A stretch of 32,000 nt of DNA. It comes from Paramicrosporidium saccamoebae KSL3. Lineage: Eukaryota > Fungi > Cryptomycota. This document shows, piece after piece, positions 30,612 through 32,000 of the stretch. The notes beneath the pieces are model-generated. The model had not been told where the DNA came from. It was given only the letters and a program-made list of their open reading frames with translations, and did not search any database. Within the stretch, counting starts at the first letter, position 1. Every line of letters begins with the position of its first letter. Position numbers and translations under genes: made by a program. The stretch spans positions 80,193 through 112,192 of the forward strand of contig MTSL01000208.1 in the NCBI GenBank assembly GCA_002794465.1, in the 5' to 3' direction.

Positions 30612-32000
30612 ATGCGTGAAGTCATCACTATCCACGCCGGCCAATGCGGCAATCAAAGTATCGAATGACAGTCTCACAATAACTTGCATAGTTGGTAACA
30701 CATTTTGGAAACAGCTCTGCGCTGAACATGCTATCCGTCCAGACGGAACTATTGAACCCGAAGCCATCACCCGTGACGATGGCGATCGTAAAGATGTCTT
30801 CTTTTACCAAGTATCCCGCCCTAATAACGACTAAATTCAAGGCCGATGATGACCATTATATTCCGCGTGCGCTGCTGCTAGATTTGGAGCCACGGGTAGT
30901 TCATATTGATGCGCTTTTAATTGCAGGTGGTGAGTTCCATTCTCCAATCAAGTCATGGCTCCATTTATAATCCAGAGAACATTTACGTTGCCTCGGATGG
31001 TGGAGGAGCCGGTAATAACTGGGCATATGGCTATGCTCAGGCAGCACGTCTGGAAGATGGAATTCTGGATATGATTGAGCGTGAAGCTGAAGGAGCTGAT
31101 AATTTCGAAGTGCTTGCAATTCGATTTTCTAAATTACTGTAGGGCTTCCAGCTATGCCATTCTATTGCCGGAGGTACGGGATCGGGGTTGGGTTCCTTGT
31201 TACTGGAGCGATTGCAAGACAGATTTCCCAAAAAACTAATTACCACCTTTTCTGTCTTTCCAAACACAGATGATGTGAGTGATGTAGTTGTGCAACCATA
31301 CAATTCCATACTATCCATGAAGCGGTTGACGGCGCACGCGGATTGCACAGTAATATCGACTTTATCTGATTGATCTATAGGTACTCCTTGACAATGCTGC
31401 CATAAATCGAATTGCTGCAGAAAAACTCCACATTACAAATCCAAATTTTGCACAGGCAAATCAGCTAGTAGCCAGGAGACAATTGCAATCTCATTCTTAG
31501 ATTTCCACTGCCATGGCTGCCATGACCTCGACAATCCGATTCCCTGGATATTTCTACAATGACATGTCCAGCATCGTCTCCTCTCTGGCTCCAGTTAAAA
31601 ACTGCCATTACGTTATCGCTGGCTACACTCCCTTCTCGGCCGACGTTGTTGATAATGTATCCTCGTTGTCTTTGAGTGCTTTTTAATCCTATAGGCAAAG
31701 ATGACTCGTAAGACGAGCGTGTTTGATGTCATGAGACGACTTTTACAGCCAAAGAACTTGATGGCAACCATTTCACCAAGTAAGAAAAGCTCGTATTTGT
31801 CGATTTGGGGAGTTATACGCGGAGAGGTAGATTCTCTCGATGTAGTCACTGTGTCTTTTGTTAATCCTGTTATAGCTTCACAAGAGCATGCTGCGCATTC
31901 GTGAGCGCCAGTTGGCAAACTTCGTACCTTGGGGACCGGCAGAGTTCAACATGTCCATCGGTCGCAACTCGGCTCATACTGGAAATTCCACGCGTGTAAA
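30612..32000 (+). CDS. TUB4: Gamma-tubulin, 5' part; runs off the window end
   Basis: Introns 30658-30691, 30811-30841, 30896-30926, 31110-31142, 31350-31380, 31468-31500, 31657-31694, 31842-31875. [81 protein letters not shown]. Confidence 0.97.

Overview
Gene-dense eukaryotic nuclear DNA (standard code, GC roughly 45-48% by eye) with 23 protein genes and 2 tRNA genes. I placed 36 very short GT-AG introns by hand (28-38 nt), which is why the ORF track fragments most genes. Order: HtrA/DegP-family protease (5' part), CTF8, GATAD1-like, tRNA-Lys(UUU), PRMT1/HMT1, C-terminally short mito uS13/SWS2, NOL8/NOP8, DAD1/OST2, MOB1-family, EF-hand MscS channel, CLASP/STU1, calcineurin B, PIGO/GPI13, VTI1, RAD17, RVS161, two orphan single-pass secretory-pathway proteins, Hsp110/SSE1 with an upstream HSE, tRNA-Val(UAC), FAH, P5B ATPase, SDH5, a Crz1-like C2H2 factor and gamma-tubulin (5' part). 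Fungal-type genes, retained mitochondrial functions, tiny introns and tiny spacers suggest an early-diverging fungal-lineage organism (Rozellomycota/Paramicrosporidium-like); this is inference and was not searched. The strongest unexplained signal is a duplicated ~95-nt non-coding element (17730-17825 and 19931-20025) with conserved blocks and fold-back potential. Others are an orphan Pro-rich/Lys-rich membrane gene pair, a hairpin-rich spacer at 977-1170, a gene-free 0.8-kb gap and a truncated uS13m. No transposon, CRISPR or rRNA was seen. All assignments are by-eye motif recognition.
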